Positions 11,548-22,171 of a DNA stretch of 64,000 nt are shown here, one piece after another. The notes under the pieces were generated by a model. That model had not been told where the DNA came from, ran no database searches, and worked only from the letters and a program-made list of their open reading frames with translations. The first letter of the stretch is position 1; every line of letters starts with the position of its first letter. Made by a program: the position numbers and the translations under genes. Origin of the DNA: Oligoflexales bacterium (GTDB lineage: Bacteria; Bdellovibrionota_B; Oligoflexia; Oligoflexales; Bog-1112); contig JBGCDR010000034.1 of the NCBI GenBank assembly GCA_045105515.1, positions 1-64,000 on the forward strand, read 5' to 3'.

Positions 11548-13149
11548 TCAAGTTTTATCTTCAACAACCAGCTGCTCTTGCAAATATCGGTCTGCTGCTA
11601 TCTGAACCGTCCTTGCTATACCAAGCGATAAATCAGCTTTCTGAGCAACTTCGTCTGCGGAGTCAGCGATAATATCGCCAATTGTTCCGTATCCAGCATC
11701 AGCTAAGGCATGAGCTGTGGCTTCACCAACTCCCTTAAGCTTCATAAACACTTCAATCCGATCTTTTCTAATATCGTCTTCAACCTTATTGATGGTTTCT
11801 TCTGGTATCGGTGCAGCAGCAGCATCCTCAGCGCTGTATTCATCAGTATCCTGAATTACGCCAGTTTCAAGTTCTTTAGCCTTTTCAGCAGCAGCCTGCA
11901 ATACTTTTTCCGCATCAGACTCATCAAGATTTAATAGACGTCCTAAAGCGCGCGGACTAACTTCAGCAAGTTCTGCCAGAGTTTTGATTCCTTCATGGAC
12001 CAAAATACCAGCATGCATATCTCCAAGTCCTTCAACAGAAGCAAGCACAGACTTAACTCCTGCAAGCTGTTCTTCGAGCTTCGCTTCACTCTTAATATCC
12101 AAGCGCCAACCAGTTAACTGAGCCGCCAACCTTACGTTCTGTCCACGTTTACCAATTGCCAGAGATAGTTGATCTTCAGCAACGATGACTTCCATTGCAT
12201 GCCGTTCCTCGTCCACGATAACTTTGCTTACAACAGCAGGGGCTAATGCATTACACACAAGCTTGGCTGGATCTTTGTCCCATGGGACAATATCAATCTT
12301 TTCTCCATTCAACTCTTGAACTACCGCCTGAACCCTTGCGCCTTTCATACCAACGCAAGCTCCAACTGGGTCAACCGAGCTATCGCGAGAATAAACTGCT
12401 ATTTTTGACCTCAGTCCGGCATCTCTTGCTGCAGATTCTATGCTCACGATGCCATCATATATCTCTGTAACATGCTGCTCAAACAGCCTGATAAGAAATC
12501 CGGGATGTGCCCTTGACATAACAACCTGAGGCCCTCGCGAGGACCTTTTAATTTCGACGACATAGCCTTGGATTCTATCTTTCGGCCTAAATCGCTCGCC
12601 TTGCATCTGCTCTCTCACAGGAACAACAGCCTCAACACGTCCAAGATCGACAATGATATCATTGCGCTCCAAACGTCTGACATGCCCGCTCAATATCTCA
12701 CCAACTCGTTCTTTAAACTCTTCAAAGACCTGAGCTCTCTCTGCATCACGAACTTTCTGCACAATAATCTGTTTTGCAGACTGGGCAGCAATTCTACCAA
12801 ACCGAGCTGTATTGATCTTGATTCCTAAGGCATCACCAATCTCGGTATCGGGGTCCAGCTTTTTAGCATCGGTTAGCTCGATCTCAGTCTCATTGCCATC
12901 ACCATCTTCTTCTGTGGTGGAGTCATCAGCAACGACGTTCCTAAATTGAAATAGCTCAATTTCATCCATTTCTTCATTGTAGGTAGCTTCTAAATCGGCA
13001 TTGGTTCCGAAATCCCTCCTAGCTGCATGAAGAATTGCTTGTTCGAGCGCATCGATGATAACTGCTTTATCAAGGTTTTTGTCCTTGCTAACAACAGAAA
13101 TAACGTCACTTAATTTGCTTCCTTCCCCGGTTCCTTCCAAAAAGGACAT
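11548..13149 (-). CDS. nusA: transcription termination/antitermination factor NusA with C-terminal HhH repeats
   Basis: FGRIAAQSAKQ, DPVGACVGMKG, SLAIGKRGQNVRLA. Confidence 0.99.
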   Translation of the reverse strand: MSFLEGTGEGSKLSDVISVVSKDKNLDKAVIIDALEQAILHAARRDFGTNADLEATYNEEMDEIELFQFRNVVADDSTTEEDGDGNETEIELTDAKKLDPDTEIGDALGIKINTARFGRIAAQSAKQIIVQKVRDAERAQVFEEFKERVGEILSGHVRRLERNDIIVDLGRVEAVVPVREQMQGERFRPKDRIQGYVVEIKRSSRGPQVVMSRAHPGFLIRLFEQHVTEIYDGIVSIESAARDAGLRSKIAVYSRDSSVDPVGACVGMKGARVQAVVQELNGEKIDIVPWDKDPAKLVCNALAPAVVSKVIVDEERHAMEVIVAEDQLSLAIGKRGQNVRLAAQLTGWRLDIKSEAKLEEQLAGVKSVLASVEGLGDMHAGILVHEGIKTLAELAEVSPRALGRLLNLDESDAEKVLQAAAEKAKELETGVIQDTDEYSAEDAAAAPIPEETINKVEDDIRKDRIEVFMKLKGVGEATAHALADAGYGTIGDIIADSADEVAQKADLSLGIARTVQIAADRYLQEQLVVEDKT

Positions 13150-13215
13150 GGGCTATTCCTCTTATATTTAGTGATTATGACAATGACTTTGAGACCTAGC
13201 CTTCGATTAAGAAAG

Positions 13216-13674
13216 CTATAAATCCCAATTAAACACAATATTTGCTTTATGGATCAACGATAGAGGAATTGAGTATTCTTCTTCCTCGAGCTCTATGAAA
13301 AGTACTTCATCGTGGATCCGGGTAAGAGTTCCCTGTAGTTTACGTTTTCCCTGTAATGCTTGAACTAAATGTACCGAGACTTCTTTCCCTATCGAATCCT
13401 CAAAATGAGTTGGGCGTCTAAGTGGACGTTCAACCCCTGGAGAGCTTACTTCTAAATTATAATTCCCTGCATCAATGCCTTCAATACAACTCATATCTCT
13501 TAATAAGCTGTTTGCCTGCACGCAAGCCTCCATATCAACCCCTGTTGGTTTATCAACAAAAACACGTAAGAGTTGATCGTGCTCATTCCATTCAGCCTCA
13601 ATACACTCAAAGCCACCAGGCTCCAAATAACCCTGAGCTACGTCCATGATTTTATTAAGTTCTTCTCTTCTCAA
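13216..13674 (-). CDS. rimP: ribosome maturation factor RimP
   Basis: LRVFVDK, YNLEVSSPGVERPL; first gene of the nusA operon. Confidence 0.95.
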   Translation of the reverse strand: MRREELNKIMDVAQGYLEPGGFECIEAEWNEHDQLLRVFVDKPTGVDMEACVQANSLLRDMSCIEGIDAGNYNLEVSSPGVERPLRRPTHFEDSIGKEVSVHLVQALQGKRKLQGTLTRIHDEVLFIELEEEEYSIPLSLIHKANIVFNWDL

Positions 13675-13690
13675 TAAAATTCCACCTAAT

Positions 13691-13740
13691 AAAAAAGCCC
13701 GGGAACATCTCCCCAGATCTTGAGGTGACGCCAGGCCTTT
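13691..13740 (-). terminator. rimP leader hairpin / attenuator-like terminator
   Basis: AAAGGCCUGG...CCGGGCUUUUUU with inner CGUC/GAUG and CCUCA/UGGGG pairings, just upstream of the rimP SD. Confidence 0.6.
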
Positions 13741-13999
13741 AAGACCAAATCAATTACCTGCACGAAGCTAAGAAATTGATCCCAAATAGATACTAACAGA
13801 AAGGCTACCTAACTAATTAGCTTAAGCACTTATAAGCAGTTAACACAGTTCTTTAATCCTGCTTCCTAACAGCTATGCTTTACCATAAGTAAGGCCAGGA
13901 AAGCAATCTATAACTGAAAATCTTTTATTAAACCAATATCATAACATATTTTTCTTGGACAACAAGCGGGAGTAAAAATATTGGCATTTCTCCGGAAAT

Positions 14000-16006
14000 C
14001 TAATTACAATCTCGGCCCATAAAGCAGATATTATCCTCAAAGCGCCAAAATTCTGATTGTTGCCTTAACCATATAACAAAATTTCTTAAAGAATAGATTG
14101 GGGTAAACCCTTTATCTTCTTTACTCAACCTAATACTTGATATCACAGAGTTGAAATTCAGATCACCATAAGCAACAGCTTCCTCTTCGAGGAGAGTAGA
14201 TGAGTATAAGATTCTTACACCCACAGGCACTAAAGATGCCCACGATTTTTTATCTAGTTTAAAACCTTGATCTATTTTAGATGCATTAATGGACTCGATA
14301 TTGCTGTGATTTACAACTAAGGAGGAGCCTGACTTGAGAACATTTTTACCTTCGATTATGGTAAACCCATTAATTATCGAATGCCCATTTTTCCAGGAAT
14401 GCCCCCCCAAACCCCAATTTTCTGTGTTGGAATCTCTACCCGAAATGGCAAGTACTTCTTGAAGAACCCATTCTCCCTGCAAAGGCTCTAGAAATTCTTG
14501 TGAGCCAAAATTACCGTAATTACAGTATGAAATATTTTTATTTACCAAATTTAGGGTACGGTCAAACGGATTAAAACTCAAGACACAAGAAGGGTCACCA
14601 CTGTGATTGCGAAAGTAGTCATGCCCTGTTGTTTCCTCAATAGTAGTAAAATCAAGTCCAATAAGACTATTGTCAGTTACTGGACGCTCTATTGCTATCC
14701 CTGCTACCTGACCTTCCTCGGTTAGAATCGGTCCTCCTGACATCCCATCTTGAGCAAAAACGGTGCTATTATCTTTTTGCTGTTTAAGCTTAATTTTTGT
14801 TATAGGTCCAAAATTTGAGGTGTCTTCGGTGGGATATTCGGCTAGATAACCGGCCTTAGAGATTAGATGCTCTGCTCCTTCGCTAGTAAAACCAAGAACT
14901 CTGAGGTGATCTCCCCCTTCTATTTCTGATACAAAACTTAAGCCATCGATATCGTGGCAATACGCCACGTTTTGCTCTTTCATGGTAGCTGGCAAACCAA
15001 TAGAATTTAGGTAAAGTACAGCCACATCAAATTCTTCATTTTTTGCCAATAGAGTTGCTGCACCTCTAAAAATATCAGAGCCGTTGAATTGAATGTTGAA
15101 GACATTACTGTGAGAAAATAAAGAGCCATCCCTCTCAAAGCCTCCGTAAGAATCTGCATCACTATTTGACAAAAACCCGGATGGAAATAAATGAGCTGCG
15201 GTAATGATATAGACACCATCGCAAGGTAGGCTACCTATGCCAGACAGTCTAGGAAAAACCGAAACTAGCGGACCAAGATCCCTCACTATAAAACCAGAGC
15301 CCAAGGTATATCCACCATTTTTAGTGATCCTAACTATTTTTTTTTCAAGCTTTAGCTCAGTATATTTCAAACTTACTTTTGTGCTTTTGCGATCGAATTG
15401 AAACGATTCGTTTGTCTGTAAACTGTATTCAAAGCCAATATTTTGATTATCCTCTGGCAATATAATCCAAAATACAGCATTTGGATGAATAACCTCACCT
15501 TGCCAAGCTTTATAAGCCATAGCAATTCCAATAGCGCCTGAAGGAATATCTTGCTCCACTTCCAAATAAGCCTCACAACGATAACCAAGCAAATTACCAT
15601 CTGCATCTAAACTTGCCTGGTCATCACATTCAGGTTTGCTTATAGAAAGATAATCATTGCGCCATTCCTCCATGTACGATTGCATCATACCATCACGCCA
15701 TGGCCCTCGTACGTAGACCTTAATCACATTTGAATCTACTTGTTTACTGTAATACTGCTCTATTTTGAAGAATCTATTATCGTCAGTCTTTTCTAAAACA
15801 GCGGGAATACCTGGAGGGTAAATATGTTTCGAAAAAGGCCTCCACATAACAGAGCTCTTTAATTGCACTGAATTTTCGTAGGTTTCTTGAGCCTGTGATG
15901 ACAGTGCGCCATTTAAACAAAGCCAAATTAAAAGGAATAACTTAAAATTCCTGGAGTAAAGCAGGCATTGAAATCTTTGATAATGATTCACGTAATTTCC
16001 TTTCAT
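14000..16006 (-). CDS. secreted trypsin-like (S1) serine protease with unknown flanking domains
   Basis: signal peptide ending ALSSQA; triad motifs ITAAH, FDVAVL, GMSGGP. Confidence 0.8.
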   Translation of the reverse strand: MKGNYVNHYQRFQCLLYSRNFKLFLLIWLCLNGALSSQAQETYENSVQLKSSVMWRPFSKHIYPPGIPAVLEKTDDNRFFKIEQYYSKQVDSNVIKVYVRGPWRDGMMQSYMEEWRNDYLSISKPECDDQASLDADGNLLGYRCEAYLEVEQDIPSGAIGIAMAYKAWQGEVIHPNAVFWIILPEDNQNIGFEYSLQTNESFQFDRKSTKVSLKYTELKLEKKIVRITKNGGYTLGSGFIVRDLGPLVSVFPRLSGIGSLPCDGVYIITAAHLFPSGFLSNSDADSYGGFERDGSLFSHSNVFNIQFNGSDIFRGAATLLAKNEEFDVAVLYLNSIGLPATMKEQNVAYCHDIDGLSFVSEIEGGDHLRVLGFTSEGAEHLISKAGYLAEYPTEDTSNFGPITKIKLKQQKDNSTVFAQDGMSGGPILTEEGQVAGIAIERPVTDNSLIGLDFTTIEETTGHDYFRNHSGDPSCVLSFNPFDRTLNLVNKNISYCNYGNFGSQEFLEPLQGEWVLQEVLAISGRDSNTENWGLGGHSWKNGHSIINGFTIIEGKNVLKSGSSLVVNHSNIESINASKIDQGFKLDKKSWASLVPVGVRILYSSTLLEEEAVAYGDLNFNSVISSIRLSKEDKGFTPIYSLRNFVIWLRQQSEFWRFEDNICFMGRDCN

Positions 16007-16284
16007 TATAGAGGCATTAGTCTATAAGAGATCGGCAGCACATTCTCTCTTATTTCTAACTTTAAAATTATGATCTTTTGCTGATATTATATGCATGTAG
16101 AGATAGCGATCCACATCAAATATGAAACTTGCGCATGATATTCCGTCATACAAAACCGTAAAAACTGATATATTTTCGGGTTTTTTCTATAGTCCAAAAT
16201 TTTAAATCTCTATGCTTACCAGAGAAATCTTTATTTGTATTGAGCAGTGCTTTCTCTATTTGCTAAATATAAATAAAGGCAGGA

Positions 16285-18471
16285 ATGATCATGAAAAAGT
16301 GGGATAGCATCATAAAAGAGGCGAGAAACTGCCACACAAAGGAGGCTTGGGAGAATCTTTTCCAGAAATATGAACGCTCGATAATTGCCAGCAATTCATC
16401 AAAACCTATCGAAGATTTATTTAAGTTGCTTAGGTCCGATCCTCAGTCTCTTCAATATAAACCATTTATTTTTGCGATCCTAATTAAGGGGTGCCTATCA
16501 TGTTGGAACCTTGAATTAGGAAAAACTATCTGCCTATTTGCTAAGAGCATCAACGTACCAGACTTTACTATACCTGCCGCTCAACTATTCTTGGAATGCG
16601 GCGAGCCTCACCTCAGCCGAGATATTTCACAGAAGTCTTTAAGATTATCAAATCTTGATCAAAGACAGAGGCTACAGCTCCAAGTTTTGGTATGTGGAAG
16701 TTATGCTGAAGAAGGATTAGTTAGTAAAGCCAGTAGACTCATGAATAAACTTTACGCTACAATTGAGACCTCTAATCTGAAATTAAAGGATGAAGCCGAC
16801 CTTAAGGTTCAATTGGCTAGAATGCATTTTTTTCTTGGTCAATATCAAAAAGCTAGTGAATTATTCCGAGAATCTTCATTTAAATTTCTAAAGCTTGAAG
16901 ACTGGGAATCTGCAGCAAGAGCTTTATTTAATACAGCAGCATGTGCGCAAAACGCAGGAAAACGGCCAGTAGAGCAAGCTTATTCATTTGTTGAGGAAAG
17001 TCGCTTGCTAGCGGAAAAGCATGACCTTAAGGGGCCATTGTCTCACTGCGAAGCTTTCTATGGACTGGACGCATATAATCACGGAAATTTTTCAGAAGCC
17101 CGAGATCATTTCCGAAAAGCGCTTTCTTGTTTGCCAACAACAGACAAAAGTTATCGTAGGCTTCATATTATTTCTATGTTAACCCTTAGTTACCTTGCCC
17201 TCGGCCGTTACAAGCTTGCAGAAAAGTTTGGCAAGCAAACATTAGAGCTCGCAACACTTGATCATTCTAATCGATATCAAAGCCGTTATAAAAGCCTTGA
17301 AGCTGAATTAATCTGGGAATCTGGTCGCCCAATAGAGAGCCAAATCCTTTTAGATCAGGTTGTTCATAACTATAAGAATCAGGGCATTCACACACTTGAA
17401 GATTTGTCTTCTTATAGTCGCTATTTACTTCAATCTGCTTATTTAAGTGAGAGTATCTCTCAAAACAAAATAACTATTTGTCCAAACCTTAACAAACATA
17501 TGTTCACCTATTTAGACTTTCTGTTTGCTAAAGGTCAAAGCTGCTTAAGTTCTGGCGATTTTCAAAGTTCAGAGAAGAAGTTTTTTGAAGTTTTTAACCT
17601 TGCGAAAAAAAATGATGATAGGTTTCACAAATCAATTGGTTTACTGGGCTTAATACAATGCCAGCTTGCCCAAGAATCTATTGGATCAAGTTTTCTTTAT
17701 TACCTAAATGAGTTTAAGCTCAATATTAGAAAAATGGCAGACACCCCCTTACGAGCTAAACATGAAATAATCATGGCAGCTTATGCATATCGATCTGGTG
17801 ACTTTAAAGAATGCTACCGAATCTTAAAGTCTACATCGAAATATTCTAAAATTGGTTTTGCCGATAACTTTGCTCTAAAGTGCTGGATTGCTACCATCGA
17901 GGGTAAATCTTATCGTCTTATTCATGACTGGCAATCGAAAATGATTGCCAGGTACACCCGCGTATATTTCGCACCTAGCCTTAAGGTAATTGATAAAAGT
18001 AAATATTGTATAAGTAATCTCTATGAAGTTAATTTGAGTAGATTTCCTGCTCTTGCTGAATTATTCGACTATTTAATTAAACAATTAAACTTTTCAAGCG
18101 ATCTGAAAAATGTTCAAGAATTTGTTTGGAAGCAAAGTACCCACTCTCAAGGTTGGCAACAAAAAATAAGAAACTCTATCATGCGTCTTCGCACTCTCTT
18201 TCCCTATACAGTTGCTCCTTTAATCCTACATAAATCGAATATTCATCTATTTAATGAGGCTATTCGAATTTATCCGACAAAGAAGGGAGGTGCCGAGAGG
18301 GAAAATGAAATTTTCCATCTACTTGTTGAAAGTCGATTAACAACATCACAAATAAGTCAGCGATTTGCTATTTCTAAAGCGACTACTAAACGAATCCTAC
18401 AGAACCTGATTTCTCAAAATAAAATTGAGACTTATAGAGATGGCAGGCACATTTACTATAAAACTGTTTGA
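16285..18471 (+). CDS. TPR-repeat protein with C-terminal winged-HTH, putative transcriptional regulator
   Basis: helical TPR-like repeats (LGQYQKASELF, GNFSEARDHFRKAL, LGRYKLAEKF); C-terminal ArsR-like LTTSQISQRFAISKATTKRILQNL...GRHIYY. Confidence 0.7.
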   Translation: MIMKKWDSIIKEARNCHTKEAWENLFQKYERSIIASNSSKPIEDLFKLLRSDPQSLQYKPFIFAILIKGCLSCWNLELGKTICLFAKSINVPDFTIPAAQLFLECGEPHLSRDISQKSLRLSNLDQRQRLQLQVLVCGSYAEEGLVSKASRLMNKLYATIETSNLKLKDEADLKVQLARMHFFLGQYQKASELFRESSFKFLKLEDWESAARALFNTAACAQNAGKRPVEQAYSFVEESRLLAEKHDLKGPLSHCEAFYGLDAYNHGNFSEARDHFRKALSCLPTTDKSYRRLHIISMLTLSYLALGRYKLAEKFGKQTLELATLDHSNRYQSRYKSLEAELIWESGRPIESQILLDQVVHNYKNQGIHTLEDLSSYSRYLLQSAYLSESISQNKITICPNLNKHMFTYLDFLFAKGQSCLSSGDFQSSEKKFFEVFNLAKKNDDRFHKSIGLLGLIQCQLAQESIGSSFLYYLNEFKLNIRKMADTPLRAKHEIIMAAYAYRSGDFKECYRILKSTSKYSKIGFADNFALKCWIATIEGKSYRLIHDWQSKMIARYTRVYFAPSLKVIDKSKYCISNLYEVNLSRFPALAELFDYLIKQLNFSSDLKNVQEFVWKQSTHSQGWQQKIRNSIMRLRTLFPYTVAPLILHKSNIHLFNEAIRIYPTKKGGAERENEIFHLLVESRLTTSQISQRFAISKATTKRILQNLISQNKIETYRDGRHIYYKTV

Positions 18472-18474
18472 AAT

Positions 18475-18894
18475 TTAGGCTATCTTTTTATCTACTACTA
18501 TGCTTTTTGCAAGTATATATGGTAAGCCTTTCTTGCCATAATCTACAACTCCGAGAATCTTAACCTCTTCTCCTTGTAAACTATCTTCTCCAATCACATC
18601 GTAAAAATCTAGGTTGGTAAGAACTACTAGCATTCTTGCAGTATTATCTGACAATACCATATATGTTTGGTAGGATCCTATTTCCATTATGGTACCTTTA
18701 AGCATAACTTCTTGGCCAAACAACAATCCCTTGTCTAAATGAATCTCTTTCATAGTTACTTGGCTAGGAGTACTAAACAGGGTCCCCCCTATATACTCGA
18801 AAGATTGATAGTCGATAAACTTTTTGAGCTCCCCACCTTGGTGGCAGCTACAGATTAAAGACATCAAGACTAAAATCAAATATTTTTTGTTCAT
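18475..18894 (-). CDS. lipoprotein, probable OB-fold
   Basis: lipobox LICS-C; GQEVMLKGTI, LSDNTA, GEEVKILGVV beta pattern. Confidence 0.55.
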   Translation of the reverse strand: MNKKYLILVLMSLICSCHQGGELKKFIDYQSFEYIGGTLFSTPSQVTMKEIHLDKGLLFGQEVMLKGTIMEIGSYQTYMVLSDNTARMLVVLTNLDFYDVIGEDSLQGEEVKILGVVDYGKKGLPYILAKSIVVDKKIA

Positions 18895-19007
18895 CTTGTC
18901 CCCCGGCTTTTCTATTTATATTAACATAGCTTAGACGGGGTACAGGGTAGGCAGAAAGTGCTGGGGGTTCTATTGTTTTAACGCTAAATATTGGCCTCTT
19001 AAAGCTG

Positions 19008-19406
19008 CTATTCCGCAGATTTAACTTCTTCTTTTTTTCCCTCGTTCTCACGAAAGTCAACGAGTTCCAAATTACACATATCAGCGCCATCTCCAAAACG
19101 CTCGCCGTACTTTACAATACGAGTGTAACCGCCTGGGCGAGTTTCAAATCTTTTTGCCAACACCTTACAAACTCTGCCTGCAGCCTCATTTCCGAAAAGA
19201 TAACTTTCTAACTGCCTGCGAGAATGTAAGTCATTACGTTTTCCTAATGTGATCATCTTCTCAACTATCGGTCTGAGTTCCTTAGCTTTAGGTAAGGTAG
19301 TATGAATCTTTCCGTTAGTTAGGAATGATGTCGCCATGTTTCTCAACATTGCTCTTCGATGAGAGCTTTCTCTTCCAAGTTTTCTATAACTTTTTAAGTG
19401 ACGCAT
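19008..19406 (-). CDS. rplQ: 50S ribosomal protein L17
   Basis: MRHLKSYRKLGRESSHRRAMLRN, RPGGYTRI. Confidence 0.99.
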   Translation of the reverse strand: MRHLKSYRKLGRESSHRRAMLRNMATSFLTNGKIHTTLPKAKELRPIVEKMITLGKRNDLHSRRQLESYLFGNEAAGRVCKVLAKRFETRPGGYTRIVKYGERFGDGADMCNLELVDFRENEGKKEEVKSAE

Positions 19407-19426
19407 ATGGGTAGCCTCTTCTACTT

Positions 19427-20443
19427 CTATTGTTCGTTGTCTACGGACTCTTCCTCGTTCTGCCTTAACATACTCGGATCGAAGCCATCTATCTTCATCC
19501 CCAGCGATAAGCCCATTTCTACGAGAATATCCTTAATTTCGTTCAAAGATTTCCGACCGAAGTTTTTAGTTTTCAACATGTCAGCTTCGGTTTTAGTAAC
19601 TAATTCACCAATATATTTAATATTTGCATTTTCCAGACAATTTGCGGCCCTTACACTTAACTCAAGAGCATCAACCGTTTTAAACAAATGCTCGTTTAAT
19701 TTTGGTTTGTCTTCCTTAAGGCTTTCCTGCTCTTCTTCTTCTTCAGTCTCATCAAAATTTATAAATGTCGTCAGTTGCTCTTTCAGAATCTTTGCTGCGT
19801 AAGCAACTGCGTCATCTGGCCTAACTGCTCCGTTCGTCCAGACTTCAAGCGTTAGTTTATCGTAATCTGTATCCTGACCAACCCTGGCGTTTGAAACATT
19901 ATAAGCAACCCTACGAATCGGCGCGAAAATAGAGTCTATTGCTATAAAACCTAGAGGGAGATCTTCACTTCTGTTCCGGTCAGCGGAAACATACCCGCGT
20001 CCATGCCTAACGATTAGTTCCATACTAATCTTTGCTTCTTCATTTAGGGTACAAATTACTTGATCAGTATTTAGCACCTCTACATCGCCATTTGTCTCAA
20101 TATCAGCAGCTGTTACTACCTTAGGCCCCTCGGCTTTTATGCGAATAGTTGCATCAGCTTCCCCAAGGTACCTTAAGTTAACCTGCTTAATGTTTAGAAT
20201 AACATCTGTTACGTCTTCCTTGACGCCAACGATTGTTGAAAACTCATGTTCAACAGAGTTAAATCTCACAGCAACTACCGCGGATCCGTTGATACTTGAG
20301 AGAAGTACCCGACGCAAGGAGTTACCCAGGGACAAACCATATCCTCGTTCTAGGGGCTTTGCTACGAACTTGCCGTAAGTTGGTATTAGCTTTTCAGCTT
20401 CTAAACTTTTTGGCTTAATCAATTCTTTCCAATTTCGATGCAT
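19427..20443 (-). CDS. rpoA: RNA polymerase alpha subunit
   Basis: PLERGYG, GNSLRRVLLSS, LELSVRAANCL, NFGRKSLNEI. Confidence 0.99.
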   Translation of the reverse strand: MHRNWKELIKPKSLEAEKLIPTYGKFVAKPLERGYGLSLGNSLRRVLLSSINGSAVVAVRFNSVEHEFSTIVGVKEDVTDVILNIKQVNLRYLGEADATIRIKAEGPKVVTAADIETNGDVEVLNTDQVICTLNEEAKISMELIVRHGRGYVSADRNRSEDLPLGFIAIDSIFAPIRRVAYNVSNARVGQDTDYDKLTLEVWTNGAVRPDDAVAYAAKILKEQLTTFINFDETEEEEEQESLKEDKPKLNEHLFKTVDALELSVRAANCLENANIKYIGELVTKTEADMLKTKNFGRKSLNEIKDILVEMGLSLGMKIDGFDPSMLRQNEEESVDNEQ

Positions 20444-20781
20444 CGAAGCTTCTCCGTATCACTTTGGCTACCTGGCATTTTAGGAGCAAATCTCATAAGG
20501 CTTACCGTGGCAGAAAAACCGTCACTTATCCGGTACTACCTTTAACAACCCTATAGTAAGACGCTGTCCTTAAGCAGATTACATATTAAGATCTTCAGAT
20601 AATTATTTACCACCATTATGGTAACTTCAACCTTTTGTGAAAATAATCCTGAACGTATCACTCTACTTAGTCAAAAATTCAAATATAATCCAGCATTATT
20701 ATTTATGGCGAAGCCACCTGGTCTAGCACGTATCGAGAAAAGTGGGTCTTACTTACACCCTCATTTGGTATCAATCCGCTG

Positions 20782-21165
20782 TTAGACCCTTCTTCTCTTA
20801 GGAGGTCTACACCCATTATGTGGAATAGGCGTTACATCTTTAATCATAGCAATCTTTAGCCCGGTTGAACCAATAGCTCTTACGGCGCTTTCTCGCCCAG
20901 CTCCCGGACCTTTAACTAAGACTGAAACAGTCTTCATGCCAGCATCCATAGCTTTTCGTGCACAATCTTCCGCTGCAACCTGTGCTGCGAACGGAGTACT
21001 CTTTCTTGATCCCTTGAAGCCTTTTCCACCGGCAGTTGCCCAGCAGATAACCTCACCGTTCACATCGCTAAAAGTGATGATCGTATTATTGAAAGTAGCC
21101 TGAACGTGGGCAACACCAATTGGAATATTTCTTTTAGCCTTCTTCTTCTTAACTACCTTGGCCAT
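20782..21165 (-). CDS. rpsK: 30S ribosomal protein S11
   Basis: [33 protein letters not shown]. Confidence 0.99.
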   Translation of the reverse strand: MAKVVKKKKAKRNIPIGVAHVQATFNNTIITFSDVNGEVICWATAGGKGFKGSRKSTPFAAQVAAEDCARKAMDAGMKTVSVLVKGPGAGRESAVRAIGSTGLKIAMIKDVTPIPHNGCRPPKRRRV

Positions 21166-21218
21166 ATTTTACCTTTCGCCACCTATTATGAGCACCCAAG
21201 CCCATTTGAGTTTAATGC

Positions 21219-21596
21219 CTATTTAGTTGCTTTTTTCTTGTTAGCTACGGTTTTACGAGGACCTTTACGGGTACGTGCATTGGTCTTCGTTCTTTGACCC
21301 CTAGCTGGCAAACCCATCCGATGACGTAATCCCTTGTAGTTACCAAGCTCTACTAGACGCTTAATATTTAGAGAAACTTCTCTTCTCAAATCACCTTCCA
21401 CGGTATATCCACCGTCGATAAGCTTTCTAAGAGTGTTAATCGCACCTTGATCGAGAGCACCTGCCTTGATCATTGGATCAAGTCCGGATTTTTCAACTAT
21501 CTCGAGAGCAGCCTGCCTTCCAATTCCATAAATGGAAGTTAAAGCTATATCGATTCTTTTATGTCCAGGTAAATCTACACCTGCAATACGAGCCAT
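21219..21596 (-). CDS. rpsM: 30S ribosomal protein S13
   Basis: [23 protein letters not shown]. Confidence 0.99.
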   Translation of the reverse strand: MARIAGVDLPGHKRIDIALTSIYGIGRQAALEIVEKSGLDPMIKAGALDQGAINTLRKLIDGGYTVEGDLRREVSLNIKRLVELGNYKGLRHRMGLPARGQRTKTNARTRKGPRKTVANKKKATK

Positions 21597-21647
21597 ATTT
21601 CGAACCCTATCTGTTTAAAAAAGGTCATCAAATCCGACCTTTGTTGT

Positions 21648-21761
21648 TTATCCCTGACGTTGTTTATGCTTAGCTACTTCGCATATAACACGGAGCACTC
21701 CGTGACGACGGATTACCTTACATTTGTCACAAATTGGCTTTACGCTAGCACGAACTTTCAT
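21648..21761 (-). CDS. rpmJ: 50S ribosomal protein L36 (Zn-binding type); not in ORF track
   Basis: manual translation [37 protein letters not shown]. Confidence 0.98.
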   Translation of the reverse strand: MKVRASVKPICDKCKVIRRHGVLRVICEVAKHKQRQG

Positions 21762-21795
21762 AATTTCCTCAATTCGACTACTCAATCATTTATAG

Positions 21796-22017
21796 TTACT
21801 TTTTAGATCGATAAACGATTCGCCCTCGACCTAAATCGTATGGAGATATCTCTAATTTAACTTTGTCACCTGGCAAAATTCTTATAAAGTGCATGCGCAT
21901 TTTTCCACTTATATGAGCTAACACTTCATGACCGTTTTCCAATTCGACCTTGAACATTGCATTCGGTAAAGGTTCCTTCACCGTTCCTTCACACTCTATG
22001 ACGTCTTCTTTTGCCAT
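21796..22017 (-). CDS. infA: translation initiation factor IF-1
   Basis: [31 protein letters not shown]. Confidence 0.99.
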   Translation of the reverse strand: MAKEDVIECEGTVKEPLPNAMFKVELENGHEVLAHISGKMRMHFIRILPGDKVKLEISPYDLGRGRIVYRSKK

Positions 22018-22171
22018 TGTTTCTCCGCACCTGCTCTATTTCACTTACGATAGGATTTAATGATAACGTTTCCCGACATAGAGGGGATCGCCGCACAATA
22101 TAACAGATCTATACAAGATGCAAGCAGCATCTTATAGTTGTCTTTTTCTTCTTGCTCACGTTATCTTACCA

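Noticed and set aside
20444..20781. rpsD pseudogene or small ORFs in the rpsK-rpoA gap
   Set aside because: The minus-strand ATG ORFs I translated were 25 aa or shorter with no S4-like motif
22018..22171. Absence of map between adk and infA
   Set aside because: map is variably present at this position; not unusual
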